Numbered from the stretch's first letter, positions 14,001-28,286 are shown. The stretch is 64,000 nt of DNA from Squalus acanthias (GCA_030390025.1 CM059438.1:66528001-66592000); one strand, 5' to 3'. The notes: generated by a model from the sequence alone, not told the origin. Translations and numbers: made by a program.

Positions 14001-15156
14001 CAGTCTTTTTGACCATAAATCTCATTCCTAACATTTTCCCCAGTGTTGACAGCTCTGGTATGTACGAGTGAGACAGATGATTCAGTACTACTGAGCCATT
14101 GTAAACTGGGTGACCAGTACTTACACTGAAAGCAATCTGCAGACAAGTCACTTAAATGTAAATACCCCAGCATTCATACTTGGAGAGATTATTATTTATA
14201 GATTGGCGTATACAAGTACTAGAAATAGATGGGAACAACATAGATTGATAGCAGAAAAGAGTCCACAGTGAGAAAAGCCACTTGGTCCATCCAAAGTCTC
14301 TGTATTTTATGTTCAAGTAGCATATTTTATCATGGGCTCTTCCACCCGCCCTCCAACCACTGGTTGGTCCCTTAATTTAGTGAACAATGAATTCTTTTCC
14401 CTACCACTTCTGAAAGCAGTGCTGTTAATATCTTTATAATCCTCAATCCCCTATTGGAACATATATCAATTCAGCTCTCTCTTAAAGATGTCAATTAACC
14501 CCGAATTAACTGCCTTCCCTGCATTTATATAGCATCTCATCACCTCAAAACCTCTCTAAACACTTCGTACATTGAGAGCTGATGTCTTTACATTATTGCA
14601 TGGTGTAAATTTAAGAGCCAAGTATTTTCTGCTCGGTGGAAAAAGAAGTGTTGGTATCTGACAGCACTTATACAATTAATGGAATCCAGCTCAAGGCTCA
14701 AGCCAGGCTCATGAATTGCATCCATGCTTTATGACACTGTGGGTTTTCCCTGTGCTCTTGTTCTACAGTGGGAAAGGAACAGGTACGTGCAACTATGTAC
14801 CATGATCGCGGTGGCATCGGTGGTGTTGGTTGTCATGCGAGGTGCTTGATCAATCGAGGAAGCTGTCGATATTGTGCACTGTCAGGCCTAGTGCTTTTGG
14901 CTCTCCGTGTTATTTTCCGTGGAATAGTGTGGCGTGTGGGAACTTATTGCTGGCAAATTTTGACAGAAATCACAAATGCTAGAAATCATGAATAAAAGCA
15001 GAATTTGCTGGAAATGCCCAGCAGTTCAGTCAGCATTTCAAAGAGTAAGATAGGTTCAAATTGCAAATGCTTCATTTGATTGTCCAGAGATATATTCACT
15101 GTCTTCAGGTGTGTCTCGTGCTATATGAACTATGGTGTGTGGTAACCTACTGTTGG

Positions 15157-15727
15157 TGACTGTGACCATGGTAAACTATCCCTCTTCATCCTTCTCAACC
15201 TGTCTGCAGAGCCTTTTACACTGTTGACCACACCATCCTCCTCCAATGCCTCTTCTCCATCATCGAGCTGGATGGGACTGCACTTGTCTAGTTCCATTCC
15301 TATTTATCCAGTCATAGCCAGAGAATCACATGCAATGGCTTCTCTTCCCATTCCCGCACTGTTACCTCCGGAGTCCCGCAAGGAACTATCCTTGGCCCCC
15401 TTCTATTTCACATCTACATGCTGTCCCTCGGCGACATCATCCGAAAACACGTCCACATATACGCTGACGACACCCAGCTCTACTAAACCGCTACTTCTCG
15501 CGACCCCTCCACTGCTTCTGATTTGTCATTCTGCTTGTCCAACATCCGAAATTTCCTCCAAATAAATAGTGGGAAGACCGAAGCCATTGTTTACAGTCCC
15601 CACCACAAACTCTGTTCCCGAGACACCGATTCCAACCCTCTCCCTGGCCACTGTCTGAGGCTGAACAAAACTGGTCACAAACTTACTGCTCTATTTGCCA
15701 CCTGAGATGAACTTCCGACCCCAGATC
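15157..15727 (+). mobile_element. Decayed L2-type LINE reverse transcriptase fragment
   Basis: Readable GVPQG-LGPLLF-IYM, YADDTQL and KTEAIV motifs across frames. Confidence 0.75.
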
Positions 15728-16958
15728 TGACCTGGTCTTCAACAATCTACCTGTCGCAGATGCATCTGTCCATGACAGTATTGGTAGGAATGAACACCAC
15801 ACAGTCCTTGTGGAGACCAAGTCCCGTCTTCACACTGTGGACAACCTCCATCATGTTGTGTGGCACTACCACCGTGCTAAATGGGATAGATTCAGAACAG
15901 ACCTAACAGCTCAAAACTGGTCATCCATGAGGCGCTGTGGGCTATCAGCAGCAGCAGAAGTGTATTCCATTACAATCTGCAACCTCATGGCCCGGCATAT
16001 CCCTCACTCTACTATTTCCATCAAGCCAGGCGACCAACCATGGTTCAATGAGTGTAGAACAGCATGCCAGGAGCAGCACCAGGTGTACCTGAAAATGAGA
16101 TGCCAACCTGGTGAAGCTACAACACAGGGCTACAAATCCAATCCGGTCAATTATCACTCCATCAGCCTACTCTCAATCATAAGCAAAATAATGGAAGGTT
16201 TTGTTGACAATGCTATCAAGTGGCACTTACTCACCAATAACCTGCTCACCGATGCTCAGCTTGGGTTTCACAAGGACCACTGGGCTCCAGACCTCATTCA
16301 CAGCCTTGGTCCAAACATGCACAAAAGAGTTGAATTCCAGATGTGAGAGTGCCTACCCTTGACATCAAGGCAACATTTGACAAAGTGTGGCACCAAGAAG
16401 CCCCAGTAAAATTAAAGTCAATGGGGATCAGGGGGAAAACTGCACTGGCTAGAGACATACCAGCACAAAGAAAGATGGTTGTGGTTGTTGGAGGCCAATC
16501 ATCTCAGCCCCAGGCCATCGCTGCAGGAGTTCCTCAGAGCAGTGTCCTAGGCTTAACCACTTTCAGCTGCTTCATCAATGACCCTCCCTCCATCATAAGA
16601 TCAGAAGTGTGGATGTTCACTGACGATTGCTGTGTTCAGTTCCATTCGCAATTCCTCAGATAATGAAGCAGTCCGTGCCCGCATGCAGCAAGACCTGGAC
16701 AACATTCAGGCTTGGGCTGATAAGTGGCAAATAACATTCGCGCCACACAAATGCCATGCAATGACCATCTCCAACAAGAGAGAGTCTAACCACCTCCCCT
16801 TCACATTCAATGGCATTATCATCATCGAATCCCCCACCATCAACATCCTATGGATCACCATTGACCAGAAACTTAACTGGAACAGCCACATAGATAATGC
16901 GGCTACAAGAGCAGGTCAGAGGCTGGGTATTCTGCAGTGAGTGATTCACCTCCTGACC
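15728..16958 (+). mobile_element. Non-LTR retrotransposon ORF2 fragments (CR1/L2 clade), internally deleted and frameshifted
   Basis: ORFs 15810-16940 carry NY.SISLLSIISK, LDIKATFDKVWH, GVPQ.SVLG and FTDDC. Same family as 54072-55620. Confidence 0.85.
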
Positions 16959-19149
16959 AATGTTCCCTTTAAGCTGAGCGGCTGCCAAAATAGCAAAATC
17001 TGTAAAATAGCAGACGCCCAGCTGGAAATGTTCAAACTGTTGCAGTTATCCATTGTAACGTAGAACAGTAATTTTTTTTAAAGATACATAGCGTGCATTG
17101 TCAGTCAAAGACCACATACAGAGCACAGGTATATTTTTCTCTGTCAACTTCCTAACCTTCTTTGTTTCTTAATGTCCTTGGCACCCTTTCCGTTTCTTTT
17201 ATGAATCTGGGTCGCAATGTCTCGTGATAGTTCATTCTATTCTTTCTCCACTTGAACCATCTTTAGTGGTGAAGCAAAATTGTGAAACGCAAAGTAGAAA
17301 TTAAATGCCAGAATTGAACGGGAGACCAGTCAGCTTCTGAAAGGGGAAAAAGAACAAGCGAGCGTTTCAGGCAAATCCCTGCATCAGACCAGTGGAGTTT
17401 CAACATTAGCTCTGTCCTCTTCCACAGCTGCTTGGACATTTATTAGGACTGCTGCTCGTGTGGAGGATAAACAGCAACTGGGACAAGCTGGGCCAAAAGG
17501 CTGGTTTCCATGTTGTAGTTTCTACGAAAATCGATATAATTCAGCAGTTGCAATGAATGCTGAGTCCACGACTGTAGCTGTGCTACTAATTTAAGTGAGA
17601 TTCACTTGGTCGTTCACAACAAACGATTCACCAACATTGAGAAGCAGAGTTCCAGAGTTGTTGAACGTGGGCAACAAAATCACCAATGGAAATGCTCCTT
17701 CCAGAAACCATACTTGTTGATCATGGACAAGGCCAGAACTTTCAGGGTGATGGATAATGAGAGAGTTAACAACAGCTTCCGGAACTTAAGCTCATTATAT
17801 GCATGGAGCAGGAAATCAGAGAACAGATGGCAAATTTAGAAAAGGAATGAATATTGGAGAGTGAGTCGTCCAGTTTAATTCCCAGAGCTTCATTGGAAAG
17901 CAGCAGTCGAAGAAGCCTGCAATAAAGTTGACTGCCTAATCTCAGTTGAGGAATGATGGTTAGGGTTGAAAATTTAAGAAGAGAAAACTCAATTATGGAA
18001 AGAATAAATATACCAGCACTTTGCAAAGACAGCCTTGAGTGAACACACTATAAATGATTATAATATCCAGGGCTTTTGAGCCAAATTCTCAGGTTTTTTT
18101 GATCTTTTTTGTCAGAACTCATCTTAATGCGAAAGAAATGTGCTGATGATTAGTTACTACATTGCAGACTAAGTAAGATGATAGTACTTAAATTGAACAT
18201 CTTTCAAGAACTTGTTCCTTAAAGTGCCTGCACACATGATTGACTTTGAATTGGTGATTTGTTTGCTAAGTTTGTCCAATGTTTAGTCTTTATTCAATAA
18301 TGTATTGATTACTCGTTCTGAGCTACTTATAGTATCACATTACGTACCACTGAACATAAATTGGTCAAAATGACAAATTATACTCCTGATGTTTTAAAAA
18401 AGAAACCTTCAGGGTTATTTTAATTGTATTGAATTGCCTAATTCTTTGCTGGACATTCTGCTCCAAGTGTGTGTAAATTTGCTGAGCAATGAATTCATCA
18501 CTTGTGATTGACAGCATCTATCTTGTATCTATCACTGATACAAACTGCAGGACTGGAGTTTTCCCGTTGCTGAGTGTGCGGGTTTGGGGGCTGGTCGGCA
18601 GTAGATATCCCGGAAACAGCGAGCGCGTCGGGAACCTGCCGTCATCCCGCCGCCGCGTGCATTTAACTCTGGCGGATTTGAAGGCGCGACACGGACCCGA
18701 TCGGCAGAGGCGGGCGACCTCATTGGAATCATTAAATGCTGGTTGAGAGACCCTGAAGAGGGTTTTTAACACCTGGCTTTTGACTTTAACTGCAGGAGCA
18801 CGGGATTCACGCAGCTCGGATACCTCGCCTGTGAAGGGGAGGTTGGAGGCTCAGTGATCATTGGCGAGTTCATTCATTGAGTGCAAGGAAAAGCAAATAA
18901 ATACTGCAACATTACACCTCATTACTTGCCTCATGGAAAGGCTCTTGCTCACTCCATTTTGTCCACAGGTTTCTGTGCCTGCAGCTTGCAGGTCATTCTT
19001 GAAACCTGGGAAGCCACTCTCGCCACATTGCTACTCACTGTCACAACATTGAGGGTTTGGCCCTCTGATCTCCAATTCACCTGCCATCTACTAAATCAGC
19101 ATAGGTGCCGCTTATACTGTCTCACCTTGGTCCTCAGAATCGGACCAAG

Positions 19150-20110
19150 ATGAGCCCCACCACCAGCAACCACCACAGCAGCCTTCTCCTCAATGACCTG
19201 ATGCTCCACAGGAGAGAGGGGGGGCACCACAGGGCTGCAGCACGCTGGAGGCAATACCCTCAGCACAGGGTATACAAGCAGAGGATGAGCTTCCTCAACA
19301 TGACTGAGCAGCAGTGCTTCAGGAGGCTCAGGCTATTGCGCCAGGTCGTCGCAGACATTTGTAGCTTGCTGGAACAAGACCTGCTGCCCAGATGTCCTGA
19401 TGGACACTCCTTACCAGTGGCTGTCAAAGTCACCACCGCCCTCAACTTCTTTACCTCAGGCTCTTTCCAGAGATCTGCAGCAGACATTTGTGGGATCTCG
19501 CAGTCGGCCGCCCACAGATGCATCACACAGGTCACTGATGCCATGTTTCACAAGTCAGCCAATTATATCAATGTTGCCACTGATGAAGCCAGTGTTACTG
19601 AGCGGGCGCTCGGCTTCGCGGCTCTGGCTGACTTCCCACAGGTGCAGGATGTCATCGACTGCACACATGTGGCAATCCATCATCACCCAGGAGTGTTTAT
19701 GAACCGCAAGGGCTTCCATCCCCTCAATGTACAGCTCGTCTGCAACCATAAAAAGATGATCATGTATGTGTGCGCCAGATTCCCTGGCAACTGTCATGAC
19801 TCTTTCAGTGCTGCGCCAGTCCACCCTCCCTCAGCTCTTCACACCCCTAAACAGACTTTCCGGCTGGCTGCTTGGAGCCAAGGGCTATCCACTGAAGACG
19901 TGGCTCATGACACCCTTGAAGATGCCAATTACTGAAGCCGAGGATTGTTATAATGAGAGGCACATCTCCACCAGATGTATCATAGAGCAAACAATAGGCA
20001 TGCTGAAGATAGCACTTCAGATGCCTTGACAGATCTGGAGGAGCCCTTCAGTACTTACCAGCCAGGGTCTCCAGAATCATCGCCATCTGCTTGCACTGCA
20101 AAACATAGCG
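19150..20110 (+). pseudogene. Harbinger (HARBI1-like) DDE transposase, frameshifted
   Basis: [58 protein letters not shown]. After a frameshift: [37 protein letters not shown]. Confidence 0.9.
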
Positions 20111-20519
20111 CAGCATTGAGGATTCGTAGCTGGAGGAGGAGCAGGAGGAACCTAAGGAGGAGAGGGGACCAGCAGCGGCACACATTGCTGCCCGGGAGGC
20201 CCAGATGGCTCATGATGGCTAGATTAACTCGCTCCAACACAGCCACATGACTGCCACATGCTATACTAAGTTAATCCCCAACAACACCATAAAGCATCCC
20301 TACAATGACCACGCCATTCCTCTCACCCAAAGCCCCAATGCTCGAGGTTAAGTAATGTTTCACCATTCACTCCAAGTGACAAAGCCACTTCCAAGTTTTG
20401 AGGCAAAAATGGACAAGACCCAATAGTGGCGCAAAGAAAAACATTTACGTGTGTCATCAAAATAACTGAAACTTAGCACTTAACATTTTTGATGCACCCA
20501 TGTGCATACCCTTGTGCAT

Positions 20520-22395
20520 CTACTTTTCTGTCATTTTTCTTTTCCGAGTGTTTCTACGAGGTTCAACCCCTTAGACTTCAGCAGAGGGAGTTGCAGGCTG
20601 CTCACTTCCCTGCTGCGACTCGTTAGACACTCTTGGTGGATGTCCACAGGGTTTTGGAGCTTGTGATGGCCCCACTAAAGTCTGCTCCTCCTGCGACTGT
20701 GCAAGGGCAGACTCGGCCATCGGGATCCGAGGAAGCATGTGGGGCTCTGACTGAGGGCGAGGTAGCGGGAGAGAAGTGTGAGCGCTTTGAGAAGAGCCCC
20801 CACTTCCATGTCCCCTCTCACCATCACCCCCTCATGGGCCACCTGCACTTCCCTGCTAGCAAGGAGCTGGAGAGCACCTTGCTGCACAGCAGTTGGACGA
20901 TAAAGGCCCAAGCCTACATTTAGATCCCTCCTAGAGATGAGGTCTGTGAGCGCCTGCCTTCTGTTGTCCACAGCTAGCATGAGCTCATGTGAGTGGCGCA
21001 TTAGCTGCTCCATGCAGGTGGCCATCCTTTCCATGGAACGGCACATCGTCGCCATCGCCTGCGACATGGTGCTGCTCATATTGGAGATGGACTCCTCCAT
21101 TCTCTGAACATTTTCAGACATCGCAGCTGCAAAACCTGCCAGAGCCTCTTGCAATTGTTGCTGCCCCTTCAAGATCGCCCTCTTTCTCGATGGCCCCCAA
21201 GGCTCCGTGTCTGCATGCAGCTCAGCAGAGCTTGGAGCATCATGTGCCCTCTGGCGAGGAGTCTCCACTGCTGTCCCTGTCAACACCACCTGCTCTTGCT
21301 CACTTGTGAAGTGTGAGACACCAGGTGACAGCTCTACTCTATCTCGCACAGGACCCACCGAGGTGTGCGTAACTGCGGTGGTGCTGGGTGCGCTTGGGTC
21401 TGCTGACGGTGCGCCCTCAGAGGCTGAGGTTCCTCTGAGGAGTCATCTTTCTCCTCCGGCTGGACAGTGGGGGGGCGGTGGGGGGTGACATTTGATGGAC
21501 CTGTGGGAGAGTAAAGAGATGAATTAGAAGTGTTATAATGAGAATGTATAACGATAACATTATGCACATGACGACATTTCACTGGTTGCTGACGTCAGTC
21601 ACCATGAGTGACTGTTGTATGCCATGTGGCTGTATGAGATGTGATTCTGTCACCAGGTTGCTGGGATGTCCCCTCTCTCCGTCTCCCACCGCCAGCATCT
21701 CTCCAACTCCCAAGATCTCCAGAGCCCCTGCTCTGCTACTGTTAGTTGGTTGAAGACTGGAGGGCCACCTTGGGTTCTCTGTCCCTCCCGTGTGTTCTGG
21801 GCTCGTTTCTCCTGCAAGGAAGGAAAGAAGAGAACTTTGAGTGAGTGTGATGGAATGAGTGTAAGGAATGGATGGGTTACATCTGTAGACGGTGACTATG
21901 AGGGAGTGGGGTGACAATACCAAATGGCCTCCTTCTGTGGTGTTACTTGCTATGATAGCATTAGGATAAGGGTGAGTGTGAGGGGTGGTCAGTCAGATGT
22001 GGATGTGAGTATGTACATAGAGAGAGAGGGATGGGTGGACGTGCAAGGTATGTTGGTGTGAGGAATGATGTGCAGGGGTAGGCTTGGGAAGGCAGAGTGA
22101 TGGGGATGTGGTGACAGGCACATCAGGATGAAGGTGAGTGTGGCATTGCACTCACCTTTCCTGACCTCATGAAATCATTGAAGTGTTTCCTGCACTGGAT
22201 CCAGGTCCTTCTCACCACATCCCTGCTGCTGACCTCCTCAGCTATATCCAGCCAGGCTCTTTTGGTCTCTTTTGGAGGTCTCCTGTGCCTATCAGCAGGG
22301 AAAAGGACCTCCCTGCCTGCTCTGACTCCCTTCACCAGAGTATGCAGGGATGCATCTGAAACCCGTGGTGCAGCCCTCTGCCTTTGGCTATCCAT
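20520..22395 (-). pseudogene. Harbinger Myb/SANT-like DNA-binding protein gene; spliced (exons about 22395-22156, 21811-21654, 21500-20520) and disrupted
   Basis: MDSQRQRAAPRVSDASL..AWLDIAEEVSS..RTWIQCRKHFNDF trihelix/Myb motif, GT-AG boundaries, coiled-coil-like C-terminus in ORF 20675-21358. Confidence 0.8.
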
Positions 22396-22524
22396 CCTTG
22401 CTACTTTATAACAGTACTCAGGCCTTTGTATGTCAGGTTCCACCCTCCTCTGGCAACCTTCAAATGAGTTGAGTGCAAGTCTGCTTTAAATATCGGCGCT
22501 GGAAACGAGTCATTGACGACTCAT

Positions 22525-22668
22525 AAAGGTATCAAGGGATATGGGGAGAAAGCAGGTACAGGGTACTGAGTTTGGATGATCAGCCATGATCTCATTGAAT
22601 GGCGGAGCAGGCTCGAGGGGCCGAATGGCCTACTCCTGCTCCTATCTTCTATGTTTCTATGTTTCTAT
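22525..22668 (+). mobile_element. CR1 3' end fragment nested in the Harbinger element
   Basis: Nearly identical to 6293-6428 and ends in ttctatgt repeats. Confidence 0.85.
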
Positions 22669-24249
22669 GTCATCCGACCTGCTCCATTTAATGGGGCCGG
22701 GAAACGCACATGAGTCTTTCAATTGGGGCCATTAAGTTAAAGTCGCTCTGAACAACGTGGTGCTCAGAACATTGCGTTCCCGACCTGCTACATACCCTGC
22801 ACGCACAAAATCCCTCTCCAATGTAAAGATTCCGGCCCAGACTTTTTTTCACAAACAACGAGACTTGGTCAAAGCTCAATTTTTTATTTATTTATTTATT
22901 TACTTATTTGCCAGCTGATCTCCTGTGGCACTGCTCATGGTTAGCTTGGGGTCCAGAGGTGAGTTGCGATATTTAGCTGCTGAAGTTGGGAAATGTTTCA
23001 CTTGTTTGTCCTTTTTATGCCCACTGTTCATGTCCTGCCAGTTGGCAAGTTGTCCAAAGTAGGTCCATTCTCAGGTTAATTAGAGGCTTTGTGCTGAGGG
23101 AAGTTTATGTGGATCAATACTTGCTGGTAAATCCCCAGTTCCTGCCCTGAGAGATGCCAGGTTGTGGATTTTACAAAAAAAAAGCTGCAGGAAATGATAA
23201 TCTGTCAATCTTGCTCTCTTTTTTACTACTTTTTGTACTTTATGATGAATGTACTCAAGCTGCCTGCCTTTTTGATACTAGCAGATCTTCCATAGCCTTG
23301 TTCACACGATTTTATATAAACATTGGTGTTATCATTGGGTGGCTTTAAGATCTGGAAATGGAGTGAAGGGATTGGAGTCACAAGGCCTATCAGTACTTTG
23401 AAGGAGAGAGTCAGGATCTTTGTGCTTTCGGATGGGTTGGTATTATGGAGATCCGGGAACATTGGGGCAAGTCTTGGAATCTTGCAGCAGTGGGACAGGA
23501 GTCCTACAATGGGAGGACAGAATTTGGCAGCATGAGGAGGCAGGTTTTCGCAGCCTTGTGTGGGAGACAGGAGACTAGAGACTCGAACTGCACTTGCCCC
23601 TTCCAGACCATCAAACACCACTGCACCACTTTCTTGCCTGCCAGGCTCTGCTGCCCCGACTTGTTTGCAGTCCATTTTGTGCTGTCAGGCACCCCCGCAA
23701 TCAGTTTTTTGTGTTGTCAGCCAGTTCCTTCCTTTATGTCCTTGCCTTAAAGCACCATTAATGAGTTTGACAGCTGAGACAGTGTTTAATAAACAGAAAT
23801 CGCTGCCAAGAAAGAAAATTACCTCGTAACATGCTCAAAAGGTCATCATTTATGCAGATTTCCAATTTTCATATAAAAAGTTACTCTTAAGCTCCAAAAA
23901 TGGTTCAGAAAAGAAATTTCAAATGAATTTGCAAGTCAAATAGAGGGGACGGCTTTCTTGTGATTGACATGGAAAGAAGCCTATCATGAGAAATGCAATA
24001 AAGTTCATCTTCCAGCAGTTTAAATCACTTGGCTAAATAAGTCAAGAGGGAAAAAAATACATTCTTGACAAACAATTTTTGTTTTGCTTTCCTTCAATAA
24101 AGAAACCAGTGGTGTTAATCACAGGTGTCTAAGTGAGAAGTTTGTAACAGGAGAGATGCAATTATTCATGTTTTAAATGTTAGACTTACCTGAACTAAAG
24201 CTCGGAGAATTCAGTCTCCAGTTGGTTACCATGGTTCCTCACTTTGTTC

Positions 24250-25130
24250 TACCCCTCTTGCCTCACCTTTAAAATTCTTATTCTCAACTGCCTACCCACG
24301 CTCCATCCTAAGTTTCTCACCGAAATATCCTCACTCCTTTCCTTCCTCAGCCTCTGCACCAAGTGACTTCTCATCCTCGGTGATTTCAACCTCCATCTTA
24401 ACTCACGTTGGTCTCTCTCCTCTGTGATCACTGCCCTCCTGTTCTCCTTTAACCTATTCCTCCATATAAATGCTCTTACCCATATTTATGGCCACCCCAT
24501 CAACCATGTCACATACAGCGGCACTTTCAAACTCGTAACTGTCGAGCCATTGGCCCTCTATTTGCCACAATACTTCTGCAACTATCATCGACTCAATCAC
24601 GCCCTCACCTCCGCCTTTGATGCCCTTGTCCCCAGTAAAACCCTGACTGTCTCCCACCCTAGTCATTCCCAGTGGTACGGCCCCCATCTCTGCTCCTTTA
24701 AGTCCAAGGGACGCAGACTTGAACTTTTATGGCAGACAACCGGTTGAGCCATTCATCTCCAGATCTGTCTGGACCACATCGAGCACTATCGGGACCTGCT
24801 CTCCTCTGCCAAAACTGCTCACTACTCCAGGATCATCTGAATGCAAAGATAACCCCCGGCTTCTTTTCACCAAAAACCATCTCCTTAAGCCCTTCTCCCT
24901 GCCCCTTCCACCCTGGCCTCCAAACACAAGTGTGAGGAGCTCATGGACTTCTTTATCACTAAGATTGAGACCATCTGTTAAGCTACCTCTGCCGTATCCC
25001 TCCCTTCCTTTCACCCATCAAGCCAGGCTTGTCCCCAAGATTCCTCCCTGGCCCAGCCCTGAACTTGCATCTTTCCCTTGTTTCCCTCCTATCTCTCCTC
25101 ATGCCCTCTTCAAGCTCATCCTGTCCATGA
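24250..25130 (+). mobile_element. Decayed L2-type LINE ORF2 fragment (endonuclease/linker region)
   Basis: C-rich strand; LILGDFNLH motif at about 24370 and a KDNPRLLF segment. Confidence 0.7.
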
Positions 25131-25489
25131 AACAACTTTATTCGCCTTTCTTATATAATCTGACACATCAAAGAGTGATGTCTGAAGTGAGAAAGACATG
25201 TCTTGCAATATGTTTTACTTTCCAAATCAAATAACGTAATCCAGCTTTAAATGTGTATCCAAGCAAATGCAGATTTATAGGAATGCAATGCAATTTGAGT
25301 GCGCTGTTCATTTTGTTAATTGACTGAATTTTATGCCACTTGTTAATCCATTTGATACTGTGTAAGAAATCATGCAGTGCTGTTCGTTCTTGTCTTTGTA
25401 ACAAGAGATAGCCTTTGTTTAAAGTCAGTATTTTTGTAGAGTTGAAGAGGCTTTCCAAATACATTTTGATGCAAATTCTGGGTTGCCAT

Positions 25490-26078
25490 TACAGAAGTTA
25501 AACTTGTATCAAACCTTGGTTAGACCACACTTTGAGTGCTGTGCCCAGTTCTGGGCGCCATATTATAAAAAGGGTATAGAGGCACTGGAGAGGGTGCAAC
25601 AAATATTTGCATGGATTATACCAGAACTGAAAAGATAGAATATCAGGAAAGTCTGAACAGGCTGGGGCTCTATTCCCTAGAAAAGAGAAGGCAGAGGGGT
25701 GACCTAATAGAGGTCGTTAAAATTATGAAGGAGTTTGATAGGGTAGACGTAGAGAAGATGTTTCCACTTGTGGGGAGACCAAAACTAGGGGCCATAAATA
25801 TAAGATAGTTACAAACCAATCCAATAGGGAATTCAGGAGAAACTTCTTTACGCAAAGAGTGGTAAGAATGTGAAACTCGCTGCCACAAGGAGTAGTTGAG
25901 GCGAATAGCATAGATGCAGTTAAGGGGAAGCTAGATAAGCACATGAGGGAGAAAAGCATAGAAGTATAGGCTGATACGGTTAGATGAAGAGGGGTGGGAG
26001 GAGGCTCGTGTGGAGCATAAACACTGGCATGGACCAGTTGGGCCAAATGGCCTGGTTCTGTGCTGTACACTCTATGTA
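25490..26078 (+). mobile_element. CR1 LINE 3' fragment
   Basis: [27 protein letters not shown] and a 3' UTR. Confidence 0.85.
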
Positions 26079-28286
26079 AGTAGAGTACAGTACAGATCAG
26101 TCGATAACACTTGAACTAAGGGGACTGAGGAATGTAAGTGCAGTGTAGGATATGACGTGTGAATGGCGATGGTACTAGACTAGCAGTTGACTTGAAAGGT
26201 CCTTTGAAATGGCGCAGCATTATAAAAACAATCACTTCAAGAAGACGGCTCTCCTCCATCTTCTCAGGGCAAGTATGGATGGACAAGAAATGTGGCCTTG
26301 CCAACATCACTCACATGTCAGGAACAAATAAAAATGAATGTTGGGATCTCTGACAGGGTTAGGGTTAAAAAATTGAAGAAAATGAACAGCAAAGATGTGA
26401 CAGGTCCTATGATTTGTGAGGGAGCCCCTGAAGCTTTCCGAACTTTTGCTTCCAACAACTGAGGTGTCTTGATATCGGGTTAATAGATAAAACTCTTGTT
26501 AGCGATGACACCAGGTCGTAGAACTAGAAATCATTTTATCAAGTATTTTGTAGTGTGCACTTTCGGGATTTGCCTTCTCGTTTTGCTCGGCAGCACCTTA
26601 ATAAATCAGCCATCTTGCTTTGTTGCAGAAGCTAATTGTCTTTCCTGCTGGATCTGATGGCTTTAGGTATACATTTGAGATGTTTGTTCTCTTTTGCTTT
26701 TGTAGTTTTGAAGAAATGATGTTTCACATTAAAAACTAAGTGTCTCTAGTCTGTACACCAGGGAAACCTAGAAAATATTCCTAAATCCATAATACAGAAA
26801 GGTCATTGATTTTTTTTTTGTCCCGAATAGTCTTCAAAGAACATTGTTGCGAAGAAATGACATGTCATGTTTTTTTTAAGTGTTTGATTGTTCTGGGACA
26901 TGTTGACTGTGGGATGTCTGCATAGTCAAAAGACTTAAAGGCTTTAGCGTTGAGCTTGAATCTCCTGGATATTGATGCACTGAATCTGGAAAAGTAAACC
27001 CAGTCTTTTTAACATGAATCTACCTGTGTAAGGGTGACAGTATATACTTATGTGGCTGTAACTGCCATGACATCATGCAGCATACAACCAAGCCACAGAC
27101 TGACGATTTGACTTAGGTTCTTAATACGAAAAAAAGTCAACTACTTTCTTTAAAAAAATTGTACTGTGGGGAATCTGAACTGACGTAACTAAAGCAGCGC
27201 TGATCAGTTTTAATTCTGTATTGTAGCCGGTATTAAATATTAAAAAAAAACATTTGGCATCAAGTCATAGAATGAACCAGCCACATGCCTTGGAGAAGTG
27301 CGTTTTATGTGGATTTTGAGATAACTCTCTGACAGTGGCTGTCCCAGCTCAGGACAGTTTTCTAGATGGGAGTCGAAGAACTGTTGATACAGGAGGTGAA
27401 GTCACAGCCATACGCAAATAAAGGAACACGGTACAGTTTTGCTTTCATCTGCCACATCTCGGTAACAACTACATGTTCTTTACAAATGCCCATCCTCATG
27501 GAACAAAATTTGTTCCACCATACAAATCCAAAGTAATTAAAAAAAAAAACACTTTAATGATCCCGTGAGAATCGAGGTGGTTGAGAACTTACAAATGCTT
27601 TCTCTCCCCAAAGTGGTGGTGATTCCCCTTTAACAAAAATCCCAGACGCTGCATCATTGGCGGCTTATGTTCTTTGACAGAAAGTGAGGGTAACTAGGAT
27701 CTTGCTAATAAGATTTTGAGCACCACATCCCATAGCATCCTGTGGGTTTTTCCATTATAACGCTCAATGGTTTTACTGAAATTGTCTGCAGATTTTTATT
27801 GACCCTGTCCATCAGCTGGAGTCCCAGGGCTAACTATGACTCAATTATGCTTACCTCTAACAGATACGGTCTTGCATGGTGTCTTAAATGGAGCGTCATG
27901 TGGGAATGAAGCATTTCGCCCTGGAGAGTTGGGGGAGGGGAAAGTAAGAGATTATTACCTGATTTCATGCGGCTGGATGCCTTCTACCATCTGAATACGG
28001 AATGACATGACGGATGATCACTGACTGAAAGGCCCAAGGCTCAGGCCATGCTTCAGGTCTGATCTGCAGCAAGCAGACGAGCAAAGCTTTTCAAACAAAA
28101 CACAAAACAGCAGAAAACTTTTTTTGAATGCACGTATATAAAAATGTTCCACGTGTCCCAGTGCGTTACGTGACAGCAATCAAGGTCAGCTGCCTGGAAC
28201 AGTGAGAACCAAACTCAAGTGGTCTCTATTTGTCGTCTGAATCCCGAGATAAGTCTGCTGCCTTAAAGTAGATTTGAAACAAATCC

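Larger units (their letters stand above)
18551..22837. mobile_element. Near-full-length PIF/Harbinger transposon relic (transposase plus Myb/SANT gene, convergent)
   Basis: TIR-like ends GACTGGAGTTTT ... AAGATTCCGGCC with 3-bp TSD CAG/CAG and two convergent genes inside. Confidence 0.9.

Noticed and set aside
26540..26566. VFCSVHF, similar to a THAP-domain CxxHF motif
   Set aside because: Isolated short match without the other THAP residues.
23778..26760. Candidates for a left RSS-like TIR (GACAGTG about 23778, CACAGGT about 24120, CACATTA about 26725)
   Set aside because: Poor heptamer or no nonamer at 12/23 spacing, and no matching 5-bp TSD.
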